NCBI GenBank assembly: GCA_030537335.1
Contig: JAUNNK010000002.1
Location: forward strand, 1-49,150
Direction: 5' to 3'
Length of the DNA stretch: 49,150 bases
Source of the DNA: Clostridia bacterium
Lineage (GTDB): Bacteria; Bacillota; Clostridia; Christensenellales; Aristaeellaceae
The notes beneath the pieces are model-generated. The model had not been told where the DNA came from. It searched no databases and saw only the letters and a program-made list of their open reading frames with translations. Positions 25,521-34,270 of the stretch are shown here, one piece after another. Every line of letters starts with the position of its first letter. Position 1 is the first letter of the stretch. The translations under genes were made by a program, and so were the position numbers.

Positions 25521-26356
25521 GCCAGAACGTATTGCATGTGGAAAACGTGACGATGCAGTTTGGCGGCGTCGTCGCAGTGAACAACCTCTCCATGGACATC
25601 AACGAGGGCGAAATCGTGGCCCTGATCGGCCCCAACGGCGCCGGCAAGACCACCGCCTTCAACTGCATCACCGGCGTGTATGAGCCCACCAACGGCCGCG
25701 TGGATTACATGGGCAAGACCATCGTGGAAAACTATCCCACGGGCAAAATGAAGCGCGCCTACGCCGGGGAAAACAACGGCATGTACACCAAAAAGATCGT
25801 GCGCACGCCGGACAAGATCACCCAGCTGGGCATCGCCCGCACCTTCCAGAACATCCGCCTGTTCAAGAGCCAGTCGGTGTTCAACAACGTGCTGATCGCC
25901 ATGCACATGCGCCGCACCAGCAACGTGTTCACCGCCACCTTCCGGCTCAACCTGAAGGAGGAGCACCGGATGCGCGAGGAGGCCATGGAGCTGCTCAAAA
26001 TTGTGGGTCTGGACGGCGTGGCCGACGAGCTGGCCACCTCGCTGCCCTACGGTCAGCAGCGCCGCCTGGAGATCGTGCGCGCGCTGGCGACCCATCCCAA
26101 GCTCCTGCTGCTGGATGAGCCCGCTGCGGGCATGAACCCCCAGGAGACCGAGGAGCTGGGCCGCTTCATTCAGGAGATCAAGGAAAAGTTCAAACTCACC
26201 GTGTTCATGATCGAGCATCACATGAATCTGGTCATGGGCATCTCCGACCGCATCTACGTGATCGACTTCGGCAAGCAGATTGCCGAGGGCACGCCCAAAG
26301 AGGTGCGCGACAATCCCGCCGTCATCGCGGCGTATCTGGGGGTGGATGAAGAATGA
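25517..26356 (+). CDS. livG: ABC transporter ATP-binding protein (LivG type)
   Basis: Walker A GPNGAGKTT, signature LPYGQQRRLEI, Walker B LLLLDEPAAG, C-terminal NPAVIAAYLG. Confidence 0.9.
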   Translation: MSQNVLHVENVTMQFGGVVAVNNLSMDINEGEIVALIGPNGAGKTTAFNCITGVYEPTNGRVDYMGKTIVENYPTGKMKRAYAGENNGMYTKKIVRTPDKITQLGIARTFQNIRLFKSQSVFNNVLIAMHMRRTSNVFTATFRLNLKEEHRMREEAMELLKIVGLDGVADELATSLPYGQQRRLEIVRALATHPKLLLLDEPAAGMNPQETEELGRFIQEIKEKFKLTVFMIEHHMNLVMGISDRIYVIDFGKQIAEGTPKEVRDNPAVIAAYLGVDEE

Positions 26357-27066
26357 TTATGCTCAAAGTTACCGATCTGAGCGTGCACTACGGCGGCATC
26401 GAGGCCCTCAAGGGCATCAGCTTCGAGGTCGGCCAGGGCCAGATCGTCACCCTCATCGGCGCAAACGGCGCGGGCAAGTCCACCACGCTGCGCGCGATCT
26501 CTGGTCTGGTGCGTCCCTCCGCGGGCAGCATCAACTTCATGGGCCGGGACATCACCGCGCTGAACTCCCAGAAGATCGTGGCCGAGGGCATCGCCATGGT
26601 TCCCGAGGGACGCCGCGTGTTCGCCAACCTCACCGTGAAGGAGAATTTGAAGATCGGCGCGTATTTGCGCAAGGACCGCGACGAGATCGAGGAGGGCATC
26701 AAGGACATCTACCGCCGCTTCCCCCGCCTGAAGGAGCGCGAGTGGCAGCTGGCGGGAACCCTGTCCGGCGGCGAACAGCAGATGCTGGCCGTGGGCCGCG
26801 CCATGATGGCCAAGCCCAAGCTGATGATGATGGACGAGCCATCGCTGGGCCTGGCCCCGCTGGTGGTGAAGGACATCTTCTCCATCATCCGGGATCTCAA
26901 GAGCGAGGGCATCACCATCCTGCTGATCGAGCAGAATGCCAACGCGGCGCTGAGATGTGCGGACGTGGGCTTCGTGTTGGAGACCGGCAGCATTACCATG
27001 ACCGGCAGCGGTCAGGAGCTGCTGACCAACGAGGATGTGAAGGTCGCGTATCTGGGTTCCAACTGA
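26353..27066 (+). CDS. livF: ABC transporter ATP-binding protein (LivF type)
   Basis: Walker A GANGAGKST, signature LSGGEQQML, Walker B LMMMDEPSLGL, tail VKVAYLG. ATGA overlap with livG. Confidence 0.9.
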   Translation: MIMLKVTDLSVHYGGIEALKGISFEVGQGQIVTLIGANGAGKSTTLRAISGLVRPSAGSINFMGRDITALNSQKIVAEGIAMVPEGRRVFANLTVKENLKIGAYLRKDRDEIEEGIKDIYRRFPRLKEREWQLAGTLSGGEQQMLAVGRAMMAKPKLMMMDEPSLGLAPLVVKDIFSIIRDLKSEGITILLIEQNANAALRCADVGFVLETGSITMTGSGQELLTNEDVKVAYLGSN

Positions 27067-27105
27067 TGTGGACGGGGGAGTAAACTCCGGGCCCTGCTGA
27101 TTTTA

Positions 27106-27141
27106 AAAAACGAACCCGCTGTTCAATCTGACAGCGGGTTC
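27106..27141. terminator. Bidirectional terminator
   Basis: AAAAAA-C-GAACCCGCTGT-TCAATCTG-ACAGCGGGTTC. The A tract gives a T tract on the minus strand. Confidence 0.6.
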
Positions 27142-27148
27142 AGTATTA

Positions 27149-27197
27149 CACCTCCTCCGGCGCAAAAGCGCCACCTCCCCCTACACAGGGGAGGCGA
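27149..27197 (-). repeat. Hairpin module downstream of the DUF559 gene (copy 1)
   Basis: CCTCC..GGCGC-AAAA-GCGCC..CCTCCCC-CTACACA-GGGGAGG. It has the same architecture and orientation as 27741-27806. Confidence 0.6.
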
Positions 27198-27235
27198 CAA
27201 TCCCGCCGACATGTCTGCGTCGTGCCACACCTCAG

Positions 27236-27256
27236 GCTCCCTTGTGTAAAGGGAGC
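27236..27256 (+). repeat. Inverted copy of the core hairpin (copy 2)
   Basis: GCTCCCTTGTGTAAAGGGAGC. Its reverse complement shares 19 central nt with copy 3. Confidence 0.6.
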
Positions 27257-27369
27257 TGTCAGCGATAGCAGTCGCTTCCCGCGAAGCGGGTTGCGACCAG
27301 CCGCCGGGAAATTTTTCAATTTCCTCGGCGCGCTGCTGGCCGCTGCGTAAAACGCAGTGCGGCCAGTGC

Positions 27370-27735
27370 TTAAAGCTGACTGAGGGATTGTCTGACCATC
27401 TCATCAATATACGTACATACGCTTTGAAAATTTCTGTTGACATCACAATTTGCAATACGAATCACTTTTAGCCCGTACGCTTTCAGAAATGCAGTCCGTT
27501 CTTCATCCTTCTGTATGTCGCTGTCTTCATAGTGCTGTGAACCGTCCAGTTCGATCACCAGCTGGGCCTTCGCACAGTAAAAGTCCGCAATATACCTTCC
27601 AAGGACCTTTTGTCTTGAAAAACGGATCGGATAGTCGCGAAGAAAATCGTACCACAGGTGCCGTTCTTCCCTTGTCATTTCCTTTCTAAGCTGTTTTGCA
27701 AAAGGAACCAATTGCCGGTTATGCTTTCTCTGCAT
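27370..27735 (-). CDS. DUF559 / Vsr-like endonuclease-domain protein
   Basis: ATG 27735 follows ACGGAGGAC. The text MTREERHLWYDFLR..FSRQKVLGRYIADFYCAKAQLVIELDGSQH..DEERTAFLKAYGLKVIRI is the canonical DUF559 pattern. Confidence 0.85.
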   Translation of the reverse strand: MQRKHNRQLVPFAKQLRKEMTREERHLWYDFLRDYPIRFSRQKVLGRYIADFYCAKAQLVIELDGSQHYEDSDIQKDEERTAFLKAYGLKVIRIANCDVNRNFQSVCTYIDEMVRQSLSQL

Positions 27736-27740
27736 GATAG

Positions 27741-27806
27741 TCCTCCGTTTACAATCCCTCCGACACGGCTGCGCCGTGCCACCTCCCTTTACACAAGGGA
27801 GGCAGA
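27741..27806 (-). repeat. Hairpin module upstream of the DUF559 gene (copy 3)
   Basis: TCCTCCG..CACGGC-TGC-GCCGTG..CCTCCCTT-TACACA-AGGGAGG. The 26-nt core is 23/26 identical to copy 1, with a compensatory C-G to T-A stem change. Confidence 0.6.
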
Positions 27807-27858
27807 AACGAAGGGCCTGCCTCAAAGCGAAAATCTTTGAGACAGGCCCATTTTGCAT

Positions 27859-29220
27859 TCAGACCTTCATAATCGTGGAGGCGAAGGTGAACAGCACGGT
27901 CAGGGAGGCCGCGTCCACCAGGGTGGTGATGATGGGGCTGGCCATCAGGGCCGGGTCGAGGTGAATCGCCTTGGCCAGCAGCGGCAGCGTGCAGCCGATG
28001 GACTTGGCGATGATGATGGTGAAAAACATCGCCAGCGACACGATGAAGGCCACGGTCTTGTCATAGGGTGTGAAGAACCAGATACGCAGGAAATTTACCA
28101 GCGCCAGCACCACGCCCAGGATCAGCGCCACGCGAACCTCCTTCCAGAGCACCTTGCCGATGTCCTTCAGCTCGATCTCGCCCAGCGCCAGGCCGCGGAT
28201 GGCCAGCGTAGAGGCCTGCGCGCCGCAGTTGCCGCCGGTGTCCATCAGCATCGGGATGCAGGCGGTGAGCGCCACGCCTATGCCCGCCGCGCTGGAGAGC
28301 ACGGTCTCGAAGTGGGTGATGATCATGCCCGTGAAGGTGGCCGAGATCATCAGAATCAGCAGCCAGGGCAGGCGGTTCTTGGCCAGGGTGAACACGCTGG
28401 TCTTGAGGTACTCGTCGTCGGAGGGCAGCATTGCGGCCATCTTTTCAAAGTCCTCGGTGTTCTCCTCTTCGATGACGTCCACGATGTCGTCGACGGTGAT
28501 GATGCCCACCAGGCGATCCTCGTGATCGACCACCGGGATGGACAGCAGGTCGTACTTGCGCACGGTGTCGGCGACGACCTCCTGGTCGTCGGTGGTGTGC
28601 ACGGAGATGACCTGGGTGTTCATCAGATCCTCCACCACCCGGTCGTCCGTGGCCAGCAGCAGCTTGCGCAAGCCCACCGTGCCCAGCAGCTTGCGGCTGT
28701 CATCCAGAATGTACAGGGTGTTGATGGTCTCCTTGTCCACGCCCGTGCGGCGAATCTCGGCCATGGCCTGGCCCACCGTGGTGCCCAGGTGGAACTCCAT
28801 GTACTCGATGGTCATGATCGAGCCGGCGCTGTTCTCGGGATAGCGCAGGAACTGGTTGATCAGCTGGCGCTTCTTCTCGTCGCAGCCCTGCAGCATGCGC
28901 TTGACCACGCCCGCGGGCAGCTCCTCGAGGAAGTCCACCGCGTCGTCGATGAACATGTCGTCAATCAGCTTGATGGCCTCGGAATCGTCCATGGCCTCCA
29001 TGATGCGGGTGCGCTGGTCGTTGTCCATGTAGGAAAAGACCTCCGCGGAGATGTCCTTCGGCAGCAGCCGGAACACCACCAGCATCTTTTCGTTGTCCAG
29101 CGTCTCCAGATATTCCGCAATGTCAACTTCGTTGAGCATGTTGAGCGCGCCGCGCAGCTCGGCCTTCTTGCCGGCAGAGAGCAGCGCGTCCAAACGGGAT
29201 TTGATGCGATCGAAATCCAT
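27859..29220 (-). CDS. mgtE: MgtE-family magnesium transporter
   Basis: The N-domain reads ..LNEVDIAEYLE..LLPKDISAEVFSYMD, followed by a CBS pair and the membrane domain GNCGAQASTLAIRGLALGE. The start is set at ATG 29220 (9 nt after GGGAGG) because ATG 29229 abuts the RBS. Confidence 0.9.
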   Translation of the reverse strand: MDFDRIKSRLDALLSAGKKAELRGALNMLNEVDIAEYLETLDNEKMLVVFRLLPKDISAEVFSYMDNDQRTRIMEAMDDSEAIKLIDDMFIDDAVDFLEELPAGVVKRMLQGCDEKKRQLINQFLRYPENSAGSIMTIEYMEFHLGTTVGQAMAEIRRTGVDKETINTLYILDDSRKLLGTVGLRKLLLATDDRVVEDLMNTQVISVHTTDDQEVVADTVRKYDLLSIPVVDHEDRLVGIITVDDIVDVIEEENTEDFEKMAAMLPSDDEYLKTSVFTLAKNRLPWLLILMISATFTGMIITHFETVLSSAAGIGVALTACIPMLMDTGGNCGAQASTLAIRGLALGEIELKDIGKVLWKEVRVALILGVVLALVNFLRIWFFTPYDKTVAFIVSLAMFFTIIIAKSIGCTLPLLAKAIHLDPALMASPIITTLVDAASLTVLFTFASTIMKV

Positions 29221-29399
29221 TGGCTTCATCCTCCCTTTCAGTTTGTATTCCCGGATTGGAACCAACTGTGCGTTCCACACAGAAAAGCGGCGAAAACGCG
29301 CCCTGGGATCGCACTGCGCGCCAAAAATGCGCATGACAAGCCATCCCCGAGCATAACTCGCCTATCGGTGTGACGTTCGGATTTTGTGTGAAGAATGAA

Positions 29400-29630
29400 G
29401 GCATACCCGAAACGGTGCTTTCAGCGCCCACCGGCCGCATGGACAGCTGGCGCTGCGGGAATCATCGCCGCGGGAGAACATCCTGCGCCGTGCGATCGGC
29501 ATGAACTGTCGCACGATTCCGGCACGGGTGAAATGTCAGCGGCACAGCGATGAACGCATGCTTCGAGGCACGCCATCAGCCGACATACTTCTTCCGCCGT
29601 CGTCCATGCTTTGCCACCTCCCATAACAAA
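29400..29630 (-). promoter_or_regulatory. Probable M-box (ykoK-type Mg2+) riboswitch in the mgtE leader
   Basis: The minus-strand leader starts AAAUUUGUUAUGGGAGGUGGC (cf. consensus aaauuucgUUAGGUGAGGCU). A long-range helix joins GCAUGGAC and GUCCAUGC. The 3' element GGUGGGCGCUGAAAGCACCG resembles CAGUGC.AAAGCU. It sits upstream of mgtE, the classic M-box context. Similarity is partial and the element is about 50 nt longer than usual. Confidence 0.5.
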
Positions 29631-29682
29631 TTTGGTAAAATGGATTGCTTCGGGTTCACAAGAGAACAGGTACCCTAATATT

Positions 29683-29711
29683 ATGATAGTCCGAAATCGG
29701 TTTTCCGTCAA
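29683..29711 (-). promoter_or_regulatory. Promoter of the mgtE leader
   Basis: On the minus strand: TTGACG (29711-29706), 17 nt, then TATCAT (29688-29683). Confidence 0.5.
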
Positions 29712-29727
29712 GCCATCCGCGAAATTT

Positions 29728-30303
29728 TTACGCCATTTTTTTCGGCCAGTCCCAGTCGGTGAGGCGGTCGCCCTTCACCATCACGGCGCGCTCCGCGAGA
29801 GATGCCAGCGGGTCGTCGGAGTGGGAGTCGGAGTAGAAGGTTTCGATCTTCCCGTCGGGAAAGACCTCGCGGAAGCGGCGCACCTTCTCCTGTCCGTGAC
29901 AGTTCAGGCCGTGAAACACGCCGGTATGCCTGTCCACCGGGGAGCCCATGGCGCAGGAGACCCCCAGTTTATCGCAGGCGGGCTGAATCAGGAAGATGGG
30001 GGAGGCGGAGATCACCACGTCGTCCGCTCTCCGGGTTTCGGCGTAGAAGGGCTTGATGCGCTTAAAATTCTTCCGCCAGAAGTCCTCCACCGCCGCGTCA
30101 ACGTCGCCGATGCAACGCAAAAAGCCCAGCATGCGCTGCTTGAAATCCTGCTTTTTGCGGATTTTCAGGAGGAACAGCAGGCCGTTGACCGCCTGTGCGG
30201 GAATATCCATCCACATCTTGGGGTAGTGGCCCAGGCAATAGGCGAAGAAGCGCGCCGTGCTGTCGCCCCGAAGAATGGTGTTGTCAAAGTCGTACACGTT
30301 CAT
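29728..30303 (-). CDS. HAD-IB-like hydrolase
   Basis: The product starts MNVYDFDNTILRGDS (DxDxT motif I) and has a late YSDSHSDDP (motif IV-like). 191 aa. Confidence 0.75.
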   Translation of the reverse strand: MNVYDFDNTILRGDSTARFFAYCLGHYPKMWMDIPAQAVNGLLFLLKIRKKQDFKQRMLGFLRCIGDVDAAVEDFWRKNFKRIKPFYAETRRADDVVISASPIFLIQPACDKLGVSCAMGSPVDRHTGVFHGLNCHGQEKVRRFREVFPDGKIETFYSDSHSDDPLASLAERAVMVKGDRLTDWDWPKKMA

Positions 30304-30420
30304 AGTCTTCCCCCGATTCGCTGTCTGGAATGCTTCCAATGTATCACAGCCGACGGCGGGTGTCAAGATGACAGAAAAGCGCCCCGCCGCTTGGCGAGGC
30401 GCTCTGATCACTGTCAAATT

Positions 30421-31962
30421 TTATTCCAGTCCCTTGATGGTCTCCACGTTGGCCATCTCGATGCTGTTCAGGCAGTTGTAGTCGAAGTTCGGGTCGGCGG
30501 TGTACCAGCTCTTGCTGCCGAAGTAGGTCTGATACTGTTCCTTCTTGAAGGGGTAGCCGTGGCGGGCGAGGATTTCGTTGCGCATCAGCGCCAGGGTATC
30601 CTTGTCGTACTGCTTCAGCTCATCCTTGCTGTACAGGCGGGTATCGCTGTCGGGCAGCAGGTACTCGCTCTCCTCAACGACCTCCTCCTCCGGTTCGGGG
30701 GTGGTCAGCACCAGCTGGGGCATGGAGGCGTAGGCGGGGTCGCAGGCGGCGCACACGGCAAACTCCGTGCCGTTGAACTCGTCCACGTCGCCGTTTGCCA
30801 GGTTGATGCGCAGCAGGTGCTCGCCGGTGCGCAGGTAGACCATGTCATCCAGCAGGGCGGTGGTCATGCGGTAATTCTGATAGGCGGCGGGCAGGTAGGC
30901 CAGCACCGTCTCATTGCCCGCAGCGTCACGGCGGATCAGGCGGGTGGTGGTCTCCATGCACTCGTCCCAGAAGGTGGTCTCCGCGTCGGAGCCGACGTAG
31001 ATCAGCTCGTCGCCGTACCACAGCGCGGGCGTGTACCAGGCCTCGATGAGGATGTCCTCGTTGATGTTCTCCACGTTCACCAGGCGAGAGCTGGCGAAGT
31101 CGCCCTCGCTGTCGCTCAGGGAGGCGTAGATGTTCTCACCGTCGGTACGGATGGAATCGACGATCACCGTGAAGGCCTGACCCTCCATGTGCAGGTTGAG
31201 CGCATTGCCGACGGGATTCGATACGACCTTGATCAGCTTGCCGTCCATGTCGTAGAGCATGAAGTTGGAGAAGTCGTAGGCGTAAATGGAGTTGCGGAAG
31301 CAGGAGCTGACGGCGATGCGGTCGCCCGAGATGGCCATGTGGGCGTAGGAATTGCCCAGGCCGGAGATCAGCTCGATTTTGTTGCTACCATCCAGATCCA
31401 TGCGGTACACGCTCTGGCCGTGTTCGTAGCGGGTGGTGTAGGCGGTTTCGCCCGCATTGCCGCCCCAGTCTTCGGCGAGGGTCTGGTATTCGCCGGCCTG
31501 ATCGCTGTTACCGATGTAGTAGATGTGGCCCTTGTACACCGTCATCTCCTGATAGCCGGTGTAGGTGTCGCAGGAAAGCAGGCAGGCGTCGCCGTAGTCG
31601 GAGTCGTAGCCCCTGCGCAGCGGCGTGCCGATGGCGGTGATGCTGCCGTCCGCGTCCATGCGATAGGGGGTCTCCATGGCCTCGTCGCCGTACTCGCCCG
31701 TGGTCTCGCTGCCCACGAAGTACAGCGTGCCGTCCACATACTGCAGGTAGCTGACCTCACCCTCGAACAGGGTTTCCACGCCGCCCTCGGCATTCATGCG
31801 CTGCAGGCCGTTCAGGGAGAAGTACAATTCGCCCTCCGCGCCGATTGCGGCGACGCCGCCCGCGCTGATATTCTGGGCGAGGGGTTCCATTTCGGCTTCA
31901 GCCACGGCCGCACCGCAGAGCACGAGCGCCGCGGCGAGGATGGATGCAAGAATCTTCTTCAT
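30421..31962 (-). CDS. Secreted DUF5050-like propeller protein with C-terminal YARHG domain
   Basis: Signal peptide MKKILASILAAALVLCGAAVAEA. Repeats read ..DGTLYFVGSE.., YRMDADGS, GHIYYIGNSD, VYRMDLDGSNKIELI. The C-terminus reads LMRNEILARHGYPFKK..YF..KSWY (YARHG motif). Confidence 0.8.
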   Translation of the reverse strand: MKKILASILAAALVLCGAAVAEAEMEPLAQNISAGGVAAIGAEGELYFSLNGLQRMNAEGGVETLFEGEVSYLQYVDGTLYFVGSETTGEYGDEAMETPYRMDADGSITAIGTPLRRGYDSDYGDACLLSCDTYTGYQEMTVYKGHIYYIGNSDQAGEYQTLAEDWGGNAGETAYTTRYEHGQSVYRMDLDGSNKIELISGLGNSYAHMAISGDRIAVSSCFRNSIYAYDFSNFMLYDMDGKLIKVVSNPVGNALNLHMEGQAFTVIVDSIRTDGENIYASLSDSEGDFASSRLVNVENINEDILIEAWYTPALWYGDELIYVGSDAETTFWDECMETTTRLIRRDAAGNETVLAYLPAAYQNYRMTTALLDDMVYLRTGEHLLRINLANGDVDEFNGTEFAVCAACDPAYASMPQLVLTTPEPEEEVVEESEYLLPDSDTRLYSKDELKQYDKDTLALMRNEILARHGYPFKKEQYQTYFGSKSWYTADPNFDYNCLNSIEMANVETIKGLE

Positions 31963-32042
31963 ATTATTCTCTCCATTTCTATCTGTCAGGATACGCAGTT
32001 TGGACGCAGACGTCGGAAAAAAGTTCCGAATTCTGCCAAAGC

Positions 32043-32951
32043 TTACCAGAGCTTTTCGGGGTAGACGTTATTTTGCCGCATTTCGGCCATGGCGGTTTGC
32101 ACCTTCACCAGATCCTCGCGGTAGGTCACGCCGTACCAGCGCTCGCCGGTCTCCAGCACGCGCACGCGGGCCTTGCCCTCGCGGATCAGCGCGTCGGGCA
32201 CGCTGGGCAGGTAGAACTCCGCCTTCAGCGGGTTCTCCACCGCATTGGTGTGCAAAAACTGCACGAAGCGCTGCTTCATCTCGTCCAGGATGCCGTGGTT
32301 GAAGGCCCACAGGTTCATGGAGACCCGCGTGCCCGCAGGGATGAAGCTATAGTTCTCGCCGTCCTCGGTGTATGCCGCACCGCCCTCGCGGGGTTCGATG
32401 CGCAGGCGCTCATCGATGGAGCGCAGTATGCCGCTTTCGTCCACGCTGCAAACGCCCCGGGACACGTAGCCGTTCTCGGTGAGCGTGTTCTCGATGCGGT
32501 AGCCCACCATGGCGTGGTCGCTGGGGTCGTGGGGGGAGGTGAGGAAGTCGCAGGCCAGCTGGAACGCGCCGGGGCCGTAGTAGTCGTCGGCGTTGATGGC
32601 GGCGAAGTCGCCCTCGATAGCGTCGGCGGCGCAGAGCACGGCGTGGGCGGTGCCCCAGGGCTTCACGCGGCCCTCCGGCACATCAAAGCCCTCTGGAAGG
32701 CGGTCCAGGGTCTGATAGGCGTACACGATGTCGGCGTGCTGCGCAATGCGGTCGCCGATGGCGGCGCGGAAGTCGGCCTCCATTTCCGGCTTGATGACGC
32801 ACACGATGCGGCCGAAGCCTGCGCGCAGCGCGTCGTAGATGGAGTAATCGATGATGACGTGGCCGCGGTCATCCACCGGAGTGATCTGCTTGCAGCCGCC
32901 GAACCGGCTGCCCAGTCCGGCAGCCATGATGACCAGCGTGGGTTTGTTCAT
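32043..32951 (-). CDS. Sugar-phosphate nucleotidyltransferase family protein
   Basis: N-terminal LVIMAAGLGSRFG (G-rich NTP loop), plus ..KPWGTAHAV.. and ..INADDYYG... Confidence 0.75.
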   Translation of the reverse strand: MNKPTLVIMAAGLGSRFGGCKQITPVDDRGHVIIDYSIYDALRAGFGRIVCVIKPEMEADFRAAIGDRIAQHADIVYAYQTLDRLPEGFDVPEGRVKPWGTAHAVLCAADAIEGDFAAINADDYYGPGAFQLACDFLTSPHDPSDHAMVGYRIENTLTENGYVSRGVCSVDESGILRSIDERLRIEPREGGAAYTEDGENYSFIPAGTRVSMNLWAFNHGILDEMKQRFVQFLHTNAVENPLKAEFYLPSVPDALIREGKARVRVLETGERWYGVTYREDLVKVQTAMAEMRQNNVYPEKLW

Positions 32952-33028
32952 GAGATTCGTTCCTTTCTGTTGCAGGGCGCAACAACGGCAGCGCGCGTTC
33001 GCTCGCCGCCGTTGGAGTTGATGAACCG

Positions 33029-33571
33029 TCAGGCCTTGCGCTTGCGGTCAAAGAAGGGGGATTTTCCGCTGACGGACAGCGGCAGGCCGAACACCTGGCC
33101 CACGTTCTCGCCCAGCAGGCCCATCTCCCTGGCAGCGCGTCCGGCGGAGAACAGGATGCGGCTGTCCATGCGCAGGTCGGCTGCGGTGGCGGCGGCGCTG
33201 CCCAGGGCGATGCCCACGTCGATGGGGTCGTAGGCGCACACGCCCTTGTTTTCCCGGCACTCGGCGCAGTCCTTGAAGTGGCAGTAGCCGCAGATCTCGC
33301 CCAGGCCGCGCTGGCCCTCCTCGATGCCGATCAGCACCAGCGCCTGTGCGGTGCGCACGTTGCCCGCGTCGCGCAGGAAGAAGTCCGCGCCTGTCGCATT
33401 GCCCATGCGCTCCATGGTCTCGGCCACGGCGTCCTTGTCCGCGTCGGTGAGCACGGCGGTGTGGATGTTGTCAATGCCCCGGGCCTTGGGCGCGGTGCGC
33501 GCAGCGGCACAGATGCGGGCGGCTGCGTCCAGCACGGCGCGCCGCTCCATTTCCTCGGAATTGTAGAACAT
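33029..33571 (-). CDS. DUF2148-type ferredoxin-domain protein
   Basis: AAARTAPKARGID..VLIG and the Cys cluster CGYCHFKDCAEC fit that family as I recall it. Confidence 0.6.
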   Translation of the reverse strand: MFYNSEEMERRAVLDAAARICAAARTAPKARGIDNIHTAVLTDADKDAVAETMERMGNATGADFFLRDAGNVRTAQALVLIGIEEGQRGLGEICGYCHFKDCAECRENKGVCAYDPIDVGIALGSAAATAADLRMDSRILFSAGRAAREMGLLGENVGQVFGLPLSVSGKSPFFDRKRKA

Positions 33572-33589
33572 GGCAAAGCCTCCTTGATG

Positions 33590-34069
33590 TCAGTCGGGGT
33601 AGCTCAAGCGATCCTGCACGGGATGGTCGAGCACCTCGCGGATGTATTTTTCGGCGTGATAGCGCGCCATGGGCAGGTTCATGTCCAGGTAGTTGCCGCA
33701 GTCCTTCGCGGATGCGCCGGGGATCTCGCCCTCGTAGCCTGCGATGAAGCGGAACATGCCGTCCACCAGCGGCAGAATGTCGCTGCTTGCATATTCGCCT
33801 GCCAGCAGCAGATAGAAGCCCGTGCGGCAGCCCATGGGGCCGAAGTACAGCACGCGATCCTTCCACTGGGGATCGTTGCGCAGCCAGGTTGCGCCCAGAT
33901 GCTCAATGGCGTGCACGGCGGCGGTGTCCATCACCGGCTCCAGGTTGGGGCGGGTCATGCGGATGTCAAAGGTGGTGATCTTCTCCTGTCCGGCGCAGTC
34001 CACTCGGGAGACGTAGAGCCCGGTTTGCAGGCGGAGATGGTCGATGGTGAAGCTGGCGATCTTATCCAT
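33590..34069 (-). CDS. luxS: S-ribosylhomocysteine lyase
   Basis: HAIEHL metal motif, GPMGCRTGFY catalytic Cys context, 159 aa. Confidence 0.9.
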   Translation of the reverse strand: MDKIASFTIDHLRLQTGLYVSRVDCAGQEKITTFDIRMTRPNLEPVMDTAAVHAIEHLGATWLRNDPQWKDRVLYFGPMGCRTGFYLLLAGEYASSDILPLVDGMFRFIAGYEGEIPGASAKDCGNYLDMNLPMARYHAEKYIREVLDHPVQDRLSYPD

Positions 34070-34270
34070 GGTTTGCCTCCCGGTTGCAGATATATATTCA
34101 TATTAAATTATATGTAAGGCTGCATGGAAGTCAAGCGCGGCAGGAATAATTTTTGCGGAAGCTGTATGTGCGGGCAAGTTGTGAAAAACTTTTGAAATAT
34201 GCGCGTGGGGTATATTTATGGAACATGAAGTGCATACTCTTAATCAACGACGCTTTTGGAGGATGCGAAA

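Noticed and set aside
27288-27310. Short similarity between the DUF559 flank (TTGCGACCAGCCGCCGGG, CCCGCGAAGCGGG) and the interior of the MITE-like element (GTGCGACCAGCCCGCCTG at 45100-45117, CTCCGCTTCGCGGAG at 45153-45167)
   Set aside because: The matches are only 11-14 nt, GC-rich and in different relative orders and orientations. This is insufficient to claim that the two regions belong to one repeat family without a genome-wide search.
29421-29711. 96-aa minus-strand ORF inside the mgtE leader
   Set aside because: It overlaps the probable M-box and has no RBS. The product is Cys/Ala-rich, non-protein-like text, and leader RNA structure is the better explanation.
29611-32064. 817-aa ORF on the plus strand
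   Set aside because: It is antisense to the HAD hydrolase and the DUF5050/YARHG protein. The product is low-complexity (V/G/A/H/Q) text with no RBS or domain. The minus-strand genes have a signal peptide, repeats and good RBSs.
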